64,000 nucleotides of DNA from Harriotta raleighana (GCA_050575255.1 JBNZDD010013687.1:5933012-5997011), one strand, 5' to 3'; positions 37,063 through 51,836 are shown, numbered from the stretch's first letter. Notes: a model not told the origin generated them from the sequence alone. Translations and numbers: made by a program.

Positions 37063-37986
37063 CTGAGATAAGAGAACATGTTAAACGATCAGTATTTTTC
37101 TAAAGAACCAACTTGCATCAACATTTCTTACTGAAAAAAAACTTTGAAACCAGCCAAGATTCCGTACTTTCAGGTCAACATTCACCCAGCTGTTGCAAAC
37201 AATTAGACAGTAAATAGTGAGGTATGAACTGAATGTTCATACACAAACTTGCAAAAGAACTGGATGGTGACATACAGAGTTATCTTATACACAGACTTTT
37301 CACCTTTCATACCTGGCTTCAAAACTATGGTACACTCAAGTAACATCATGGGAATAGATTTAGACAGCCACAATAACAGTGTCCACCACATGACTTAAAA
37401 CAGTCTCTAGTGGGAGCTGCTGTACACTGGGACTCACAGCGGTAGGTGGTAGAGTGGGGAGGGGGAGTAAGCTAAAATGGAGGGGGGAGCTAAAGTGCGA
37501 GGAGCAGAAGATGAACTGTGAGGAGTGAGGAGGATAAGGTGGTGGGGGGAGAGGGGCGGGTGGGGGGGGGGGAGGAGAAGGTTGCTGAGCTCCGGGGGAG
37601 TAGTTAAGGTCTGGGTTGTGGGCCAAGAGAAGCACACAAGGTTTCTAAAGCTTGCCAGATGTCAGAGCCTAAAATAGAGTCTGGATTTGAAAACAGTCCT
37701 GGGGCAATACATGTGTATGTGGGGGAGGGGAGAGAATAGAGAATGGAGGATGGGTGGTGCGGGGGGCGGAAAGAAGAGAGACGATGGATTTATTCAGGAA
37801 CAAACCCTGCTGTTTAATACACAAGGTTCAAATGTTAAGAGATTCTCCCTTGTAAGCTGAAAATGGCAAATTAGCTCATGACATTAATCAATGATTATGC
37901 TTCCAGACTCGACAGAAGTTTAAAAAAAAGCACACAAGCTTCTCAAGTCACATAGCTTCAAGCACCCAGAAAACATTAAAATCCAC

Positions 37987-38267
37987 AATAATAATAATGC
38001 TTGCATTTGGTATAGCGCTTTTCACGTCTTCTAGGCATCTCAAACTGCTTCACAGAATATACTGTAAAGTGATTTGACTGTATATTTGTGGAAAAAACGC
38101 GACAGTCAATTGCGCAATGTCCCATAAACAGTCATGGATTGAGACGACCAATTAAAATATATTTTTTGATGGATTATTATCAGGCGTGTAAGAAAACTCT
38201 ACCTGCCTGGAATTGAACCCAGGTATTTTGCTTGCAAGGCGAGTGCTCTAACCACTGAGCTACAGGA
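37987..38267 (-). mobile_element. Near full-length tRNA-derived SINE
   Basis: Same family; ends ctaaccactgagctacagga. Confidence 0.86.
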
Positions 38268-41200
38268 AAGGGGAAATTAATATTCCACAGCCATAAACAG
38301 CGTAAAAGATGAGTGCAAAAGGGGAAATAAATTATAGAAGGACATATTCCAGAATCCTATTTGGAACTCTTTCAACCGAGTTGGGAGGGAAGAGGGAGAA
38401 GATAAAAACAAAACTGAATGGATAAAAATTTTGATTTTTACAAAATTAAATCATCAGGACACCTTGCAAGCCAAACGTCAGACTATGGCAAGGATTCTTC
38501 CCCTCACTTCTCATTAACCCTGCAAGTCAAAGCCCTTTTGGGTAGCGTGGTCCAAGCCAGACAAGCAGGGGACAGCTTGCCATTAGGTGCTTTCAATGGC
38601 AAGCTATGTAGTTTTAGCTGCTTAAATTACAATAGTACCCACTCACATATACCTTTATAGCCTCTGAGATCCCCAAACGTCGGCTCTTGCAAACCTGCGC
38701 CTGATACTCCCCAGAATTAGGTATGCAGGGTGCGTCCCTCTGAGGAGATAACGTACATTCCATTCTAGATACAGGAATTTCACTGTGTAAGTAGCATGGG
38801 GGGGCAACTCTCAGTTTGGTTTCAACCCTCTCTTAAATACCGTGATGGGTTTCTGGGTGTGTCAGATATCCAGCTGATAAAAAAAATCAGCAGCTGCATT
38901 TACACTGCAGCCAACTACAATGTGAAGAATGATTGTCCTACATGGTGAAAATTGGCTGTTCACACAATCCTTATCAAAGCCCCTAAATCTGTTGCAGGTT
39001 CACAGGAAGGAAGGAAGGAAGGAGAATGATCTCAGCAGCAAAAAGGAAGAAAAACATTTCCCCCTGATCTCAGGCCTACAAATGTTTCCAACCTTTAGGA
39101 CCAGGCTCACTGATCCAATGCAAAACTCTTACCCCAAGTAATGTAATACTTGTTGGTCTTACCAACTCTTCCCTCCGTAGCAAGTTTAGTGCCCATAAAA
39201 CAGTTGTGATAATCCTAGGGATTGATGAAATAAGAGGAAGGGTGAAGCCTGATACACTTAGTAAAGGGTAATTCTTATAACTGTACCAGTAATCGTTCTA
39301 TCTACGACTGATCCCCCTTTTATAAACCTTGAAACAAAGGGAGAGCAAAGTCATCATGGAGGTCAGTTATAGGTCATTAGATGAGCTAACTGTTTGGAGT
39401 GAAGCTCATTCAGGCCTTGCTGCAAACTAAACCCAATGAAGTCATTTGGGTGAGTAATAATATCCTTGATGCCAGCATGCAGAAAGCTGACAATTTATTA
39501 GATCAAGCTGTATGAACAGAATGCACTGGAATCTTTAAACAGGAGATAGATACTCAGGAAGTAAGGGTATAAAAGGGGGAAGGCAAATAAATGTTTTTCA
39601 AAGATTTGCCTTGATCTAAAACTGAATAGGCTCCATGCTCAGAATTGCCTCCCCAGGACTTGACATGTGTAGTCTACCCCCAACACTTCAATGCATTGTT
39701 GGAGGTGCTGTCCTTTGAATGAGACATTAAACCAAAGCCCAGACTGCATGTTTAGGTGGATGTTAAAGATCCCATGGAATTATTCAAAGAGAAGGGAGTT
39801 TCTCTGGTGTTCAGGCCAACTATCCCCTAAATAAAATCAGTCATTCTCTCCATGACTGTTTGTCCTCAAATTGGCTGCCTTGTTGGCCAACAAATAAACT
39901 GCCACTACTTTACACTATATGCTGTGAAGCGGTTTGGGACATCCTCCTGATGTGAAAGGCACAATACCGAATGTAAGTATTACAATAGTATTATTATTAT
40001 TTAAGTAGACATTGTTGGTTTCAGGGCATAGTTGCTGCCACAGCACCTCACTCCTGCTTAGTGACTCATATATAGGGCAGCATATCTGCCCAGTTGACGG
40101 ATGATGAGCAGGACAGAATGAGCTGCCAGACAAGTGACAGCTGAACGAAGCAGACATTCAGGATACAAAAACAAGCTGAACTCTGAGTGAAACAGACTCT
40201 GAATTACCTGGAATAGCAATGTCTGCTTTCATTGTATTTAAAATCCTGCCTACAAGCAGATTAGGACTTTGCAGGCAAAACAAAGCTCTTGGGATGCTTT
40301 GCTTCCAATTTATTGTTAGCAGAACCATAGTAGCAAAGGGGCTCCTGTTAATCCTGCAAAGCCTAAGTCTAAACAGGTAGGATGGCCCTAGCTGGACAGG
40401 CAGCGGGGAAGCTTACTAGACACTGCTCTCAATGGCAAGTGCTCTTGTTAGCTGATTAAACTGCAGCAATAACATAACATACACAGTGAAGTTCCTCTGG
40501 GGGGGTGGGGAGAGGATGCATATTCCATTCCACAGAATATGTTTAGTTTCCATGGAAAATTCCCCCTCCTCCCCATTTTAAAGTAAGCTGTTTACACTCA
40601 GGCAAGATGCCACAACAGTCCTTGAAAAGCAAGACAGTGAACAGCGAGGTTGTTGATGCATATTGTACCTAGCAATACGTGAGGACAAGAAGTCAGCTTC
40701 TTGTAATCTGTTGTGCAATAGATTGCTGTAGCTAACTGCTATGTTGTAGCCAACAGCAGTGCATTAATGATTCACATTTAAACCTCCTGCATAAAGAGAC
40801 AGACTGTTGTGGAGTGTTGAGCACTTCTTGAAGAAACATTTATAAGATAAATTTCAGAATCTATTAAGAGTCACAATTGCAGGAATCCAATTATGAAGAT
40901 GTTTGCAAGACTACATGGATAATACAGATAAGATACCTTGCAGCACAACAAGCCTAAAACTAAAGAGAGCACCCATGCACCACAGCACCCATTCAATAGT
41001 ACTGTACATGCATTTAATGGAGAGACTAGTTGACCTTCAGTTAATTTTGCAAATTACAATTCAGCAGAGACACTCATATTGTCATGTGTGAGGTCTGTCC
41101 TCTCACCAGGCACTGGCTGACAACTCACTTGCTTGTCTAGTCTGTGTTTATACTCCCTTCAATTTGCACCAATTTCATTCCACAATCACCTCTTGGAGGT

Positions 41201-41858
41201 GGAATCAGGCACTGAACTTAAAACTGAAAGGAAATCGGATGGTGTGTGCCAGTTAAACAGGATGCTAGCTACATTCTCAATGTTAACTCGACGCAAAGAC
41301 CACAGCAAGTCGCGCTAACTGTGCCACATAAAAAAAGGGTAGGAGTCTCCTAGAAAACGGAAACCAGATGGAGCAAAAAAAATAAAGTTCATTGTTTTCA
41401 CGTGTAAATAATTATTCAATGCGTTTGTTCTGCCTGGCAAATAGCTGTTTTTAATAGACTTCAAAACCATTCTATAAATTGCAGCTGGTCGAGCAAGCAG
41501 TCAAGTCTGGGAAGCTCTCATCAGCCTATTTTCCCCCACCCCACACCCCCTTTCCCTTCCTCTGTTGTCCAGTAAAACATTTCCTTGACATAAAGGAGAT
41601 GGATTGTCATCTGGTCAACTCTGCGGGAGTCACCACTGTCTCCTGTTCAGTGGATCCAAACGTAACCCCACAAGGACTCCTTAAAGGTAGAATGTCTTGC
41701 CAGCAGAAGAGGCTGGGACGAGCACAGTTTAGATGTGCTATTTGCTCATTGATTTAGTTAAATTGTTTAATACCATCACCAATTCGGTCAGGAAATGTCT
41801 GGCCTGACAGTTCCTGTACTGCAGGGTACTAATTGGTAGTTAGGGTGAACAAGCAAAC

Positions 41859-41965
41859 AAACTGGACCTGCAGTGTTATTTAACAAAGGTCATAATATGT
41901 TAATTACACCAATATTAATTTGTTAATATTATGACCTTTGTGAAATAACACTGCAGGTCCAGTTT
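41859..41965. repeat. Inverted repeat: 40-bp arms (1 mismatch), 27-nt AT-rich loop
   Basis: 41859-41898 aaactggacctgcagtgttatttaacaaaggtcataatat matches the reverse complement of 41926-41965. Confidence 0.95.
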
Positions 41966-44278
41966 AAAGCTGTGAATAAATATACATTTTGCCCAAAAAA
42001 ATACAGTCAATTCACTTTACCTATAATCTGTGAAGCACTTAGAGATGCCTTGAAGACATGGTAAGGCACTGTATCAAATGCAAAGATTATTAGTATTACT
42101 ACATGTACACTGTACCCAATTTCGAAAGAGTTTTAGGTGAATGGACTTCTCCAATAGGGATTTTGCCTCTTTGGTTATATCCCGCCATCAGGTTTTCCTC
42201 CTGATGCCAGGAAAACTCATCGCAGAGATTTCGATACTTTACAATTCCCTCAAGGGATCCGTCAATCTGCAGACTTTTATCCTTGGGGCCAGTCATCACT
42301 TTTTTCGCTCATCAGGAAACAGAAACACATTAAAGCAACAGAACCCAGAGCAGATGGGCAACAGATCTCAAACAGCTGCTTCGGTGTAATTTGTTTTTTG
42401 AGATGGGGCGGGGCGAATGAAGAGAATCTGAGTGGCGGAAATCAGTTTGTAATGATACGTAGCTAGGAAGAGCTAGAACGATTCTTGTCCCTTTGTCATC
42501 CAGTCAAACGTTTCCTCAATTTACTAGACGTGTATCATCATCATCATCTGATCAACTCTGTGGGGAGCCTCACTGTACATCTCCTGTTCAGTGTATCAAC
42601 GTGCAACCCAGGATTTTTAAGTGACCCTCTTGGGTGGAGCAATGTCTCCCAGTTATTCTGTAAGTTGCAAGCCTCAGTCCCCCTTTAGAAATTAAAGAGT
42701 TAATGGCTTGTAATTTAAACATGACTCTGACAATTTATAATTCATATAAGAAATTATAAAAATTATTGCTGCTGATGTTGGGGCTGGTGGGGGGGTGGAA
42801 ACATAAGAAATACAAACTATGATGTTACAGTAGCAAGGGGAGGTTACACAGGAGTATTGCTAGTCTGGAGTTGTATCTCAGTATAAAATTGCCTCGGTTA
42901 TGAACTCAAAGTCCCAATTCATAATCAGAGGCAGAATACCAACCACTGAATCAAATGAGCAAAGGGAGTTTTCCCCTGTGAAGCTCACTTGTTAGTTCCC
43001 TTTCTGCTCTTCATTATTTTTTCCTATCCTCATTCTGAAGGATGCTCCAGTTGCCTTTGAAAATCTTTGAGCTCGACAAAGACGAGCTGTCTGATGAAAC
43101 TAATGAGATACAATTCTGTTTGAAATCTAGTTTCCGCCGCACAAAATGCAAAGCACGTTTAGCAAACGTCCATCAGACACATGGAAAAAAAGTCACTGGG
43201 AATATTGAGAACTTTGCCTCACTGTGAAAGCATTTCTCTTTATACAAGAATACAGAATGCATCCCGCATTTTGTTTAGAATTGCAACAAAGCAATTTTAA
43301 CAGGAAACCTTAGGAGGTGAAACAACACACTGATTACAGTCACACACAGCGATTTCTATTTCCCATTAATGCCTGTGGAGACTGGAAAATCTGAGCAATT
43401 TTACTTTGAGGCTGCAATGAATAAGTAGTCACATAGTTTAGTCATTGGCTAAACAGTGACTTACTGGTGGTGACTCCATGTACACACCTATTTCAATTTA
43501 AAGTATCTGCGGCCTGATGTCCAACGCTATATTAAGACTCCCGTGGACACAGAGATGGAAAGCTCAAGCCAAGTGCCAGGAAGGTGGTTGAGATTTTCAA
43601 CAAAACAAACTCCAAAAAGGTAGAAAGATTTGAGTTCATAATCCAGGCTGGACATCTCCATTGCGAAGTACAGAAAGGCAGTGCTGGGGGAGTGCTGTCT
43701 TTATCAGGAAGAGACATGAAAGTTTACACCTGCTTGTTCAGGTGGATCTTAATCATCTCATAACACTAGTGGGAAAGAGAAATAAATCTTTCCCCTTAGT
43801 TTCCAACCTTCCCTACAGATTAAATGATCATGTCTGTTTGGGAGACTTTGCTGTATGTAAACCCAACTGCCTTGTTTGGCCACAAACAGTAGTCACTGCA
43901 CTTGCGAGCAATTCCCTGTGAAAAATCTCGAGACATTGCAATGTTATTGGCAGTAAAATCAAATGCCAGGATTATTACGACTACATCAACTGCTTTATTT
44001 TTCCAGTCCCATTTTACGAAGCTCCTGAAATGTCAAGTCGTTCCCGAAGCTTTTTCTGCCAAAGCAAATGGAACAAAACAATAATAATCCTTATATCTGA
44101 TATAAATACAGGAGAGTATCTCAAAATGCTTCACAGCTCGTCACTAGGATTATAGGGCCCCTCACATGGGATAGCACCTCAGGATACTTAAATCCCAGGC
44201 ACAAACCTAAATCCTGGCGATGAATCACTCCTTTGATTGCATTAGGTATTCAATTATCATTAATACACAAGCACTGTA

Positions 44279-45068
44279 TAGGTATTCCCCACTTTACAAT
44301 GTTTCTAGTTATACAGTTTCGATTTAACAAAAGTAATTTTTTTAAAAAACACCTTTTTAATCGATATCCAACTTTTGTTTTCGTTTTTACAACAAAAATT
44401 TTGCGTATCTTTTTTGCGCATACACAGTATATAGTATATTTTGGGTAAAATCGCAATCATGTACTGTATCCAAGTGTTTGAACTGGCCAATAACATGTCG
44501 CTACGTCAGAGGTTCCCAACCTTTTTTGCTGCGACCCAAATTAGCCTCCCACTACCAAAGGGCGATATTGTGATTGATGCTCAGCTCAGCCAAAACGTTA
44601 CCTCCATTTGTTTTGTGGACTCCGCTCATTGTAAGTACAATCTTTATACAAATTGGTCGGCAGTGTCGCCTTTTTTTTTTAAGCGTTATAAGCTGTTTTT
44701 ATTAGCATTGAAAGCTTTTTTTAAAGCGTTTTAACAGCCAGCTTCTTTTGAAGCAACACCACACAATTTTGAGCGATTTACAGGCTCTACCACATTTCTA
44801 CAATGTCAGAAAAGGGACCAGTAAGTGAAATGAGCAGCATTAGTATCGCTAGCAGTAAGAAACCCCAAAAAGTCATTACTTTAGATACTAAATCTTGCCT
44901 ATGTGTGCTATTTTGTGTGTTATTTTAATGAGTTTAATGTACGAAAATTTTGTCAAAAGAACGCATCTTGGGTTGTATAATGGGACCACATGGGAAACTG
45001 CGTTCCAATTTATGACATTGATTTACGTGGCATTTTTAAGCAACACAACTCTAATCAGTGGATACCTG
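44279..45068. mobile_element. Degraded Tigger-like DNA transposon derivative
   Basis: Ends taggtattccccact and agtggatacctg resemble imperfect TIRs; internal hAT-like end cagaggttcccaacct near 44507. Confidence 0.45.
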
Positions 45069-45100
45069 CATTGGCATTGAAAAAATATTCTGGTTTGAAG

Positions 45101-45606
45101 TCGAGACCACATCACTCCCACCCTCGCCCGTCTCCACTGGCTCCCCATCCCCCAGAGGATCGACTTCAAGATCCTCATTCTCACCTACAAGGCCATTCAC
45201 GGCCTTGCTCCCTCCTACCTCTCCGACCTAATATCCCCCTATCTACCTGCCCGTACCCTCCGTTCCTCTGGCTCTGGTCTGCTCCACATCCCCTGCCCTA
45301 ACCGCCCTACCATTGGCGGCCGGGCTTTCAGCTGCTCAGCCCCCAGACTCTGGAACTCCATCCCCCAGTGCCTTCGCCTCGCTCCCTCCCTTTCCTCTTT
45401 CAAGGCCGGTCTCAAGACCTTTCTCTTCGACCGTGCCTTCAGCTCCCCTCTCGACTCTCTACCTCCTCCTTGCTCCCACCCTCCCCCTCGCCCCGAACAT
45501 TTCCCCCTGCTCGGGTCTTAAATCATCTGTCCAGCGCCTTGGGACGTCCTCCTGACGTGAAACGCGCTCTATAAATGTAATTTTGTTGTTGGTGTTGTTG
45601 TTGTTG
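45101..45606 (+). mobile_element. L2-type LINE 3' fragment, relatively young
   Basis: Encodes HITPTLARLHWLPIPQRIDFKILILTYKA...GGRAFSCSAPRLWNSIP; tail gcgccttgggacgtcctcctgacgtgaaacgcgctctataaatgtaattttg(ttg)n; CpGs retained. Confidence 0.92.
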
Positions 45607-47595
45607 TAGAGCGTGTACCAATGTGCTTTTTAAAGCATTTTCAACCAACTCGCCTGAAGCAACTATTTAGACTGCAGCCGAGAGAACAGAAACAAATTTT
45701 ATGCATTGTGAAAGGGGAATTACAAATTATTTCTTTCATTGATGCAATTAGAAGCATTTTGCACAGCATTCACCATTAGAACTCCATTCAGATGAGGCGA
45801 CTGCTCAGCCTGCGCTGAGCAAAAAAAGCATACTATTTGACAGTCAATGGGAGTTCCACACATATGGTAATCTTCGAGATGTTCCTCTCTGGCTCCTACT
45901 GAACTCTTCTTGAAGATTCGTGGTTACAATGCCTTGGACTGCCAGTGTTGCATATGAATTGTATGATTAACATGTAGCGAATGAACTTGAAGTGAAAATC
46001 CAGAGATAAAATGAAACAGCGATGTGCAATTTAATGAGCTGTTGCCACAGCAATTTCGGGATTCAGCACTCAATTAGCAACATCAGCCGAGCATTGCAGG
46101 TTTGTGGCGAGCCATTATTGATTATACGAGGTTACATCCTTCCTTATTATTCTCCCACTTTTGGTCAGACTGGTATCCAACACTTGTGGAAACCCATCAA
46201 CACACTTGAGAGTTTCCAAGCCAAACGGCTGAGTTTGCCAAATACAACTGGAAATTATAATTTCCCGGAAAGGAGTGTGCACTTTTTCCTTGGTGGGATG
46301 TTCACCCATTCCCAAAATGTTTAGGAACAGGTTGGCAAGAGCCGAGGTTTAGGGAACCCCAAGCCTTCGCTCTTGTATTTCATAGTGAACCACTTCACAA
46401 GAGGGGTTCGGTTGAAGGTCCTCCAACTCAACAGAGCTCACCTTATCAAAGAACCCATTGAAAACCTATTCTACCAGCTATAGCTTCTTAAGTAAGTTAT
46501 GTCCTGACTTCCACAACTCTTGCTGGTAACCCATTCCTGATGTTGATTACTCTCTGTGTAAAATACTTCCTGATGTCTCTCCTGAAGTCTGTTTTTTTTG
46601 CATGCCAGGTATCTATTCACTGCGCAATACCCTGGATTTATATGAATATTGTACAGCTACAACCTTGTAGATTCAGGTGAGCAGCCAACAAGTGAGCATC
46701 AGGATCACATTATTTCGGTAAATGTTCCTGAACCTCAAAGGAGATTCTAATATTGAAACCACTGCATTTCGTGCATCTTTTGCAACTGCTCTGCACGATT
46801 CTTCTTGGAAAATTTTGAGAATATTTTAAATGTGGCTCCACATTTAGATCAGCGCTCACAGTTTGATGCCGTTTGCATTTTGCAGTCAATCCACTTCACA
46901 ATACCTGTACATTCTGTGAAACGGTTTTGAGATTTCTCAACAAGGTGATAAGGCGCTATATCAAAAGCAAGACTTATTACATTATCATCATACAACCAAT
47001 ATTTGGGGATGTGTTCTGTACAGCAACTCCATTATGTTAGGGTAGAGGCAGGGCGGGCGGGGTGTGGAGAGAGAGATTTCTAGTACTTAATAGGAATTCT
47101 CAATAAGGCAAAACAAACATTCAGGAATTAAAATGAAACTTTGGAATATTTAAGAAAAAAAGTTGTATTAATAATCGTTGCATTTGATTCAGTGTCTTTT
47201 ACATCAGGGGGATGCCTCAAAGCGCTTTTGAGGAATTTATTATAAAGTGCAGTGACTATTTTGCAGGCAAATCCAGCAGCCAATTTTGAACACTGCAACA
47301 TCCCACAAACCGCTACAAAGTGTAAGACAAATTGATCCCTAGGATTGTTGGCCAGGTCACCGAGAGAAACTCTTTTCTCGAATCATGCCAATAGGATCTT
47401 TAATGTCAGCCTAAACTATATGAGTTCAAAGTCCTGACATGGGGCTTAAACCTAAAACGTAAGGACTCAGAGACTAGTGTGCTACCAACTGAGCAGACAC
47501 ATATGTTGTTGAAATATTTTAAATGACAGCAGTGTCTTAATGCTATCTAATGCTGGTAAAACCTTTCACATCAGACTTCAAACAAAAAGGATGGA

Positions 47596-49345
47596 AGAAG
47601 CATTGCTGGATCTTGGCCTGGGGAATGAAATAGGTCAGGTTGAACAGGTTTCGGTAGGGAAGTATCTAGGTAACAGTGACCATAAAATTATTAGATTTAG
47701 ATTAATCATGAACAGGGACAAAGTACAGTCAAGGGAGAAAATGCTTGACTGGAAAAGGGCTAATTTTGATGGGCTAAAAAGGGATGTAGAGTTGGACTGG
47801 CAAGCAAGACTGGCAGGTAAAATGACTCATGAGCAATGGGAGATCTTCAAAGACATGATAGCTCAAGGTCTAAATAGACAAATTTCCACAAAAGGGAAAT
47901 GTGCGACAACCAAGCCAGCCTGGATGACCAGGGATGAAAAAGAAGACGGCAAACGACAATTTGAAAACACAAGATACTGAGGATAGCAAAGCGCATTATA
48001 GAGAATGCAGGAATGATCTTTAAAGAGTGATAAGACAGGCTAAAAGATTGCATAAGAAGAGGTTAACGGGGAACATAAAGGGGAATCCTAAAATATTTTA
48101 TAAGCACATAAAGGAAAAAAGATTAGTTAAAGGTAGGGTGGGGCCAATCAAAGACAATGACGGCAATCTTGTTGTGGTGGCTGATGTACTGAACGAGTAC
48201 TTTGCATCTGTCTTCACAACAGAAATGGATGCCCCAAATGCCGCAGTATTGAATGAGAGGGTAGAGGAAATAGATCAAATTACTATAGACAGAGAGGAAG
48301 TTCTGAAAAGATTGACTGGGATCAAAATTGACAAGTCACCAGGACCAGATGTGTTTCACTCAAGGTTGCTGTGGGAGATACGGGTTCAAATAGNNNNNNN
48401 NNNAGAGCACTATTTCCAAGTTTGCAGATGATACAAAGTTAGGTAGGGCAGTAAATAGTGAGGAGGCATGTAACCAACTGCAAGCAGACATACACAGAAT
48501 GGTGGAATGGGCTGACATGTGGCAGATGGATTTCAATGTGGATAAGTGTGAGGTCATACACTTAGGTAGGAAAAATGATAGGAGGCAATATAGTCTTGGT
48601 AGCTCAATCTTAAGGGGGGTGAATGTACAGAGAGATCTGGGTGTTCAAGTGAGTGAATCATTAAAGGTAGCAGGGCAGGTAGATAAGGCAGTAAAAAAGG
48701 CATTTAGTGTATTGAGCTTTATTAGTAGGGGCATAGAGTTTAAGAGTAGGGAACTTATGCTTAATTTGTACAAAACACTGGTTAGGCCTCAGCTGGCATA
48801 CTGCGTCCAGTTCTGGGCACCTTACTACAGGAAGGACGTTAAAGCACTGGAAAGGGTGCATTGGCGATTCACAAGAATGATTCCAGGAATGGGGAAGCTT
48901 AGCTATGAGGACAGGCTGGAGAAATTAGGACTTTTTCCATTAGAGCAGAGAAGATTACGCGGGGACCTGATAGAGGTCTTCAAAATCATGAAAGGTTTCG
49001 ACAGGCTAGATAGGGAAAAGCTGTTTCTGCTGGTAGGTGTGTCTGTGACCCGTGGTCACAGTCTTAAGATATCTACCAAAAGAAGCAGAGGGGAGGCCAG
49101 AAGAAATTTTTTCACTCAGTTGTTCAAATTTGGAATGATCTGCCAGAAAGGATAGTGAGGTCCGATTCGATAGCAGCTTTTAAGAGAGAATTGGATAGGT
49201 ATTTGGGGAAGACGGGTTTGCAGTGTTATGGGGAGAAAGCTGGTGATTGGGGATAAAAAAAAGTGACATTGCTCTGTCAGAGAGCCGGCACAGACTCGAT
49301 GGGCCGAATGGCCTCCTTCTGTGCCGTAACCTTCTATGATTCTAA
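47596..49345 (+). mobile_element. CR1-type LINE, 5'-truncated, disrupted ORF2 (endonuclease end to RT C-terminus), spanning a 10-N gap
   Basis: Motifs LGNSDHKII, KSPGPD, SKFADDTKLG, WQMDFNVDKCEVIHLG, LYKTLVRPQLAYCVQFWAPY, LEQRRLRGDLIEVFKI; CR1-type 3' tail gatgggccgaatggcctccttctgtg..ttctatgattcta. Confidence 0.93.
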
Positions 49346-51836
49346 GTTCACAAGCAAACACACGAAAGGTGCCAGATAAATGCAAGTTGTCGAACTGCTT
49401 ATTGAGCAGAGTTGGTTGGGCTGTAGAATATATGGAGGCGGGGCTTTCAAACAAGTAAAGGGCAAGCAGCCCCGCTGTTACTGGAGATGTGCTGTGAAAA
49501 TCCTGAACAAACTGCAAACATCGAGCTACAGTGAAGATCTGTTTGTACAACAACAGCAAAAGGAACGGAGGTACCAGCTTGCTGAGCCCTCCCCCACTTC
49601 CCGCGAGTCTCCAAACCAACAGACTGTTTTGAGAGACAACAAAAGTCCCTTTTCACATCTAATTTCTCCTCATCAGCTTCACACAACAGTCACGTTGCCA
49701 AAACACACAGCAGTTTATTTCAACCTCCCGGGTTGGTGGTGCAAGTTTGGAAGCAGCTATGTTCACATTCAAACCCAGTTGTGTGTTGTGTTGGGATCCT
49801 CCCACTCACTCAGTTGGCCCACGAAAAAGCTGGCGATTACTTAAAAGGGATTATTGGAGATTGACTGCTTTATCCTCAAGTCTATCTAAAAACATCTCTT
49901 TTGGGGAAAACGTTCTTTCAAAGTTTTGATGGGGGGTTGGGGGAGGAAATCAAACTAGAGACCCAACTGGGCTGCCAATCAGATTCATCACATCCTGGCA
50001 TTAAATGGACAACTACAATGTATGAATCTTGAGCTCTTTAATATCTTCTGTCTCTTTCCCTCCCTGCCACCCCCACCCCCACCCCTCTATTGGATCCCAC
50101 GGCTTCCCCCCATGATCAAACATGACAAATGATATTTTCATTGGTAGCCTTGGAAACAGAGTAATGTTGGTCAGTTTCTTTGGGAACCATGGTTTGTATA
50201 CTCCTTTAACCTCCATAAATATATCAATGTGATGCCTCAGAGGTTTTGCATTTAATATTCACCATATCAGTGCGATCAGTTGATAGCACTTTCAGCCCTG
50301 AGTCACGAGGTTGAAGATTCAAGCTCTGTCAGTAATTCAAGCTCAAAGTTTAGGCAGACACTCCAGTGCAGCTCTGGGAGAGCGTTGCATTGTCAGAGGT
50401 ACAGATGAAACATTAATTCAAGGTGTAATGTCTCATCCAAAGGACAATACAACACTCTCCAAGCTGCACACTGTTTAAGTGAATATCTAAAGATGGGCAA
50501 CAGGGCTGGCACCCAAGCCATGGATAGACAGGGTGCCATAAATACTGACACCTCTACGAACAGTGGATGGGGCTTTCAGGGTATCTGTCCCCAGTGCCTG
50601 GAATTCCATATTGGAGTCACTTCAATTTGTCCCTTTAGTTGCTTCCTTCAAGATCTAGAGCCACTATTATCCCCAATTCAGGTGCAAACCTTAGGTTGTC
50701 CAGTGCGTTGGGACGTCCCTCAGCACGAAAAGCGCTATCTAAATGCACATTTGTATTATATTGCATTCACATGGAATAAAACCACATGATTATTAGTCTT
50801 GTTACAAGAATCTTTTAAAGAGAAAGCACCCTGACTATTCAATGTAAAATCTGTCTGCTTGGCTCTATTGATTCAAGACATTCAAGTGTCTCGGAGTTCC
50901 CAATGATGAGCATCCACAGCAGCTCTGCACATTTATGTTTTATGTGTAGGAGGAAGAATACAATGCTCAGATGATGTCTAAACACAATGCAGAGTTAGTA
51001 ATTAGATAAATGGATCAGAACTACCCTGAGCAGCAATTCCATATGTTCCCAGCTTGCAGAAAACAGACAAAAGCATGTACTTAGATACATGAGCCGTGCA
51101 TAATAATATGTTCACAATATTTATCCCGATCTCCATAATTAACTAGAACCTTCAAATTAGTGCAATACGCTCACGGCCACTTCTCTGATACACCAAAATA
51201 GCACAACAGGCTAGGCTCGAATCAATCCCTACAACCAAATAGCTATTGATCGACAGACAAAAAGGGAAAAACAGTAATCTTGCCAATATTTGGGTACTTT
51301 CTGTTTTGCTGTTAAATTGGCCTGGAGCTGAACGTCAATACAGACTATGGAAAATGTCAGCTTCCAGAGCCATCAATTGAATGTTGTTACCTGCTGGCTT
51401 TTGAAGAGGGAGCTGGCCATAAAGAGAGTATGTCCCCAGCCAGCAAACACTCACACACAAAGTCATGCCATTTCAACAAAGCATTTGATGGAACCATACC
51501 ATAGAACATGTTTCCAGGAAAGGAAGGGAATTTTAAAAAGCAATTTCCCAAGCAACTGTTTGGGGGGAAACTACGTGGTGAAATGAACAGCTCAGTTGAT
51601 AAGATACTTAGGAAGCAAGTGTGATGAGGCAGAATAGAATAGAAATAGGATAGAAAGCTTGGCCCATTCTCAGAAGGTTCCATGGTTATAATAATCCTTG
51701 CATTTGATATAGCACCCGATCACGTCATTGAGACATACCAGAGTGCTTCACAGAATATGCTATAACGTGAATTTACCGTATGATCTATTTGATTAATACT
51801 AAATGCAGTTTTTCTTGTTTAAGACTCCACACTTAC

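Noticed and set aside
48499-49155. 218-aa ORF, the longest in the window
   Set aside because: C-terminus of CR1 LINE ORF2. Upstream frames are broken and the central RT is missing at the N gap, so it is neither a host gene nor an intact element.
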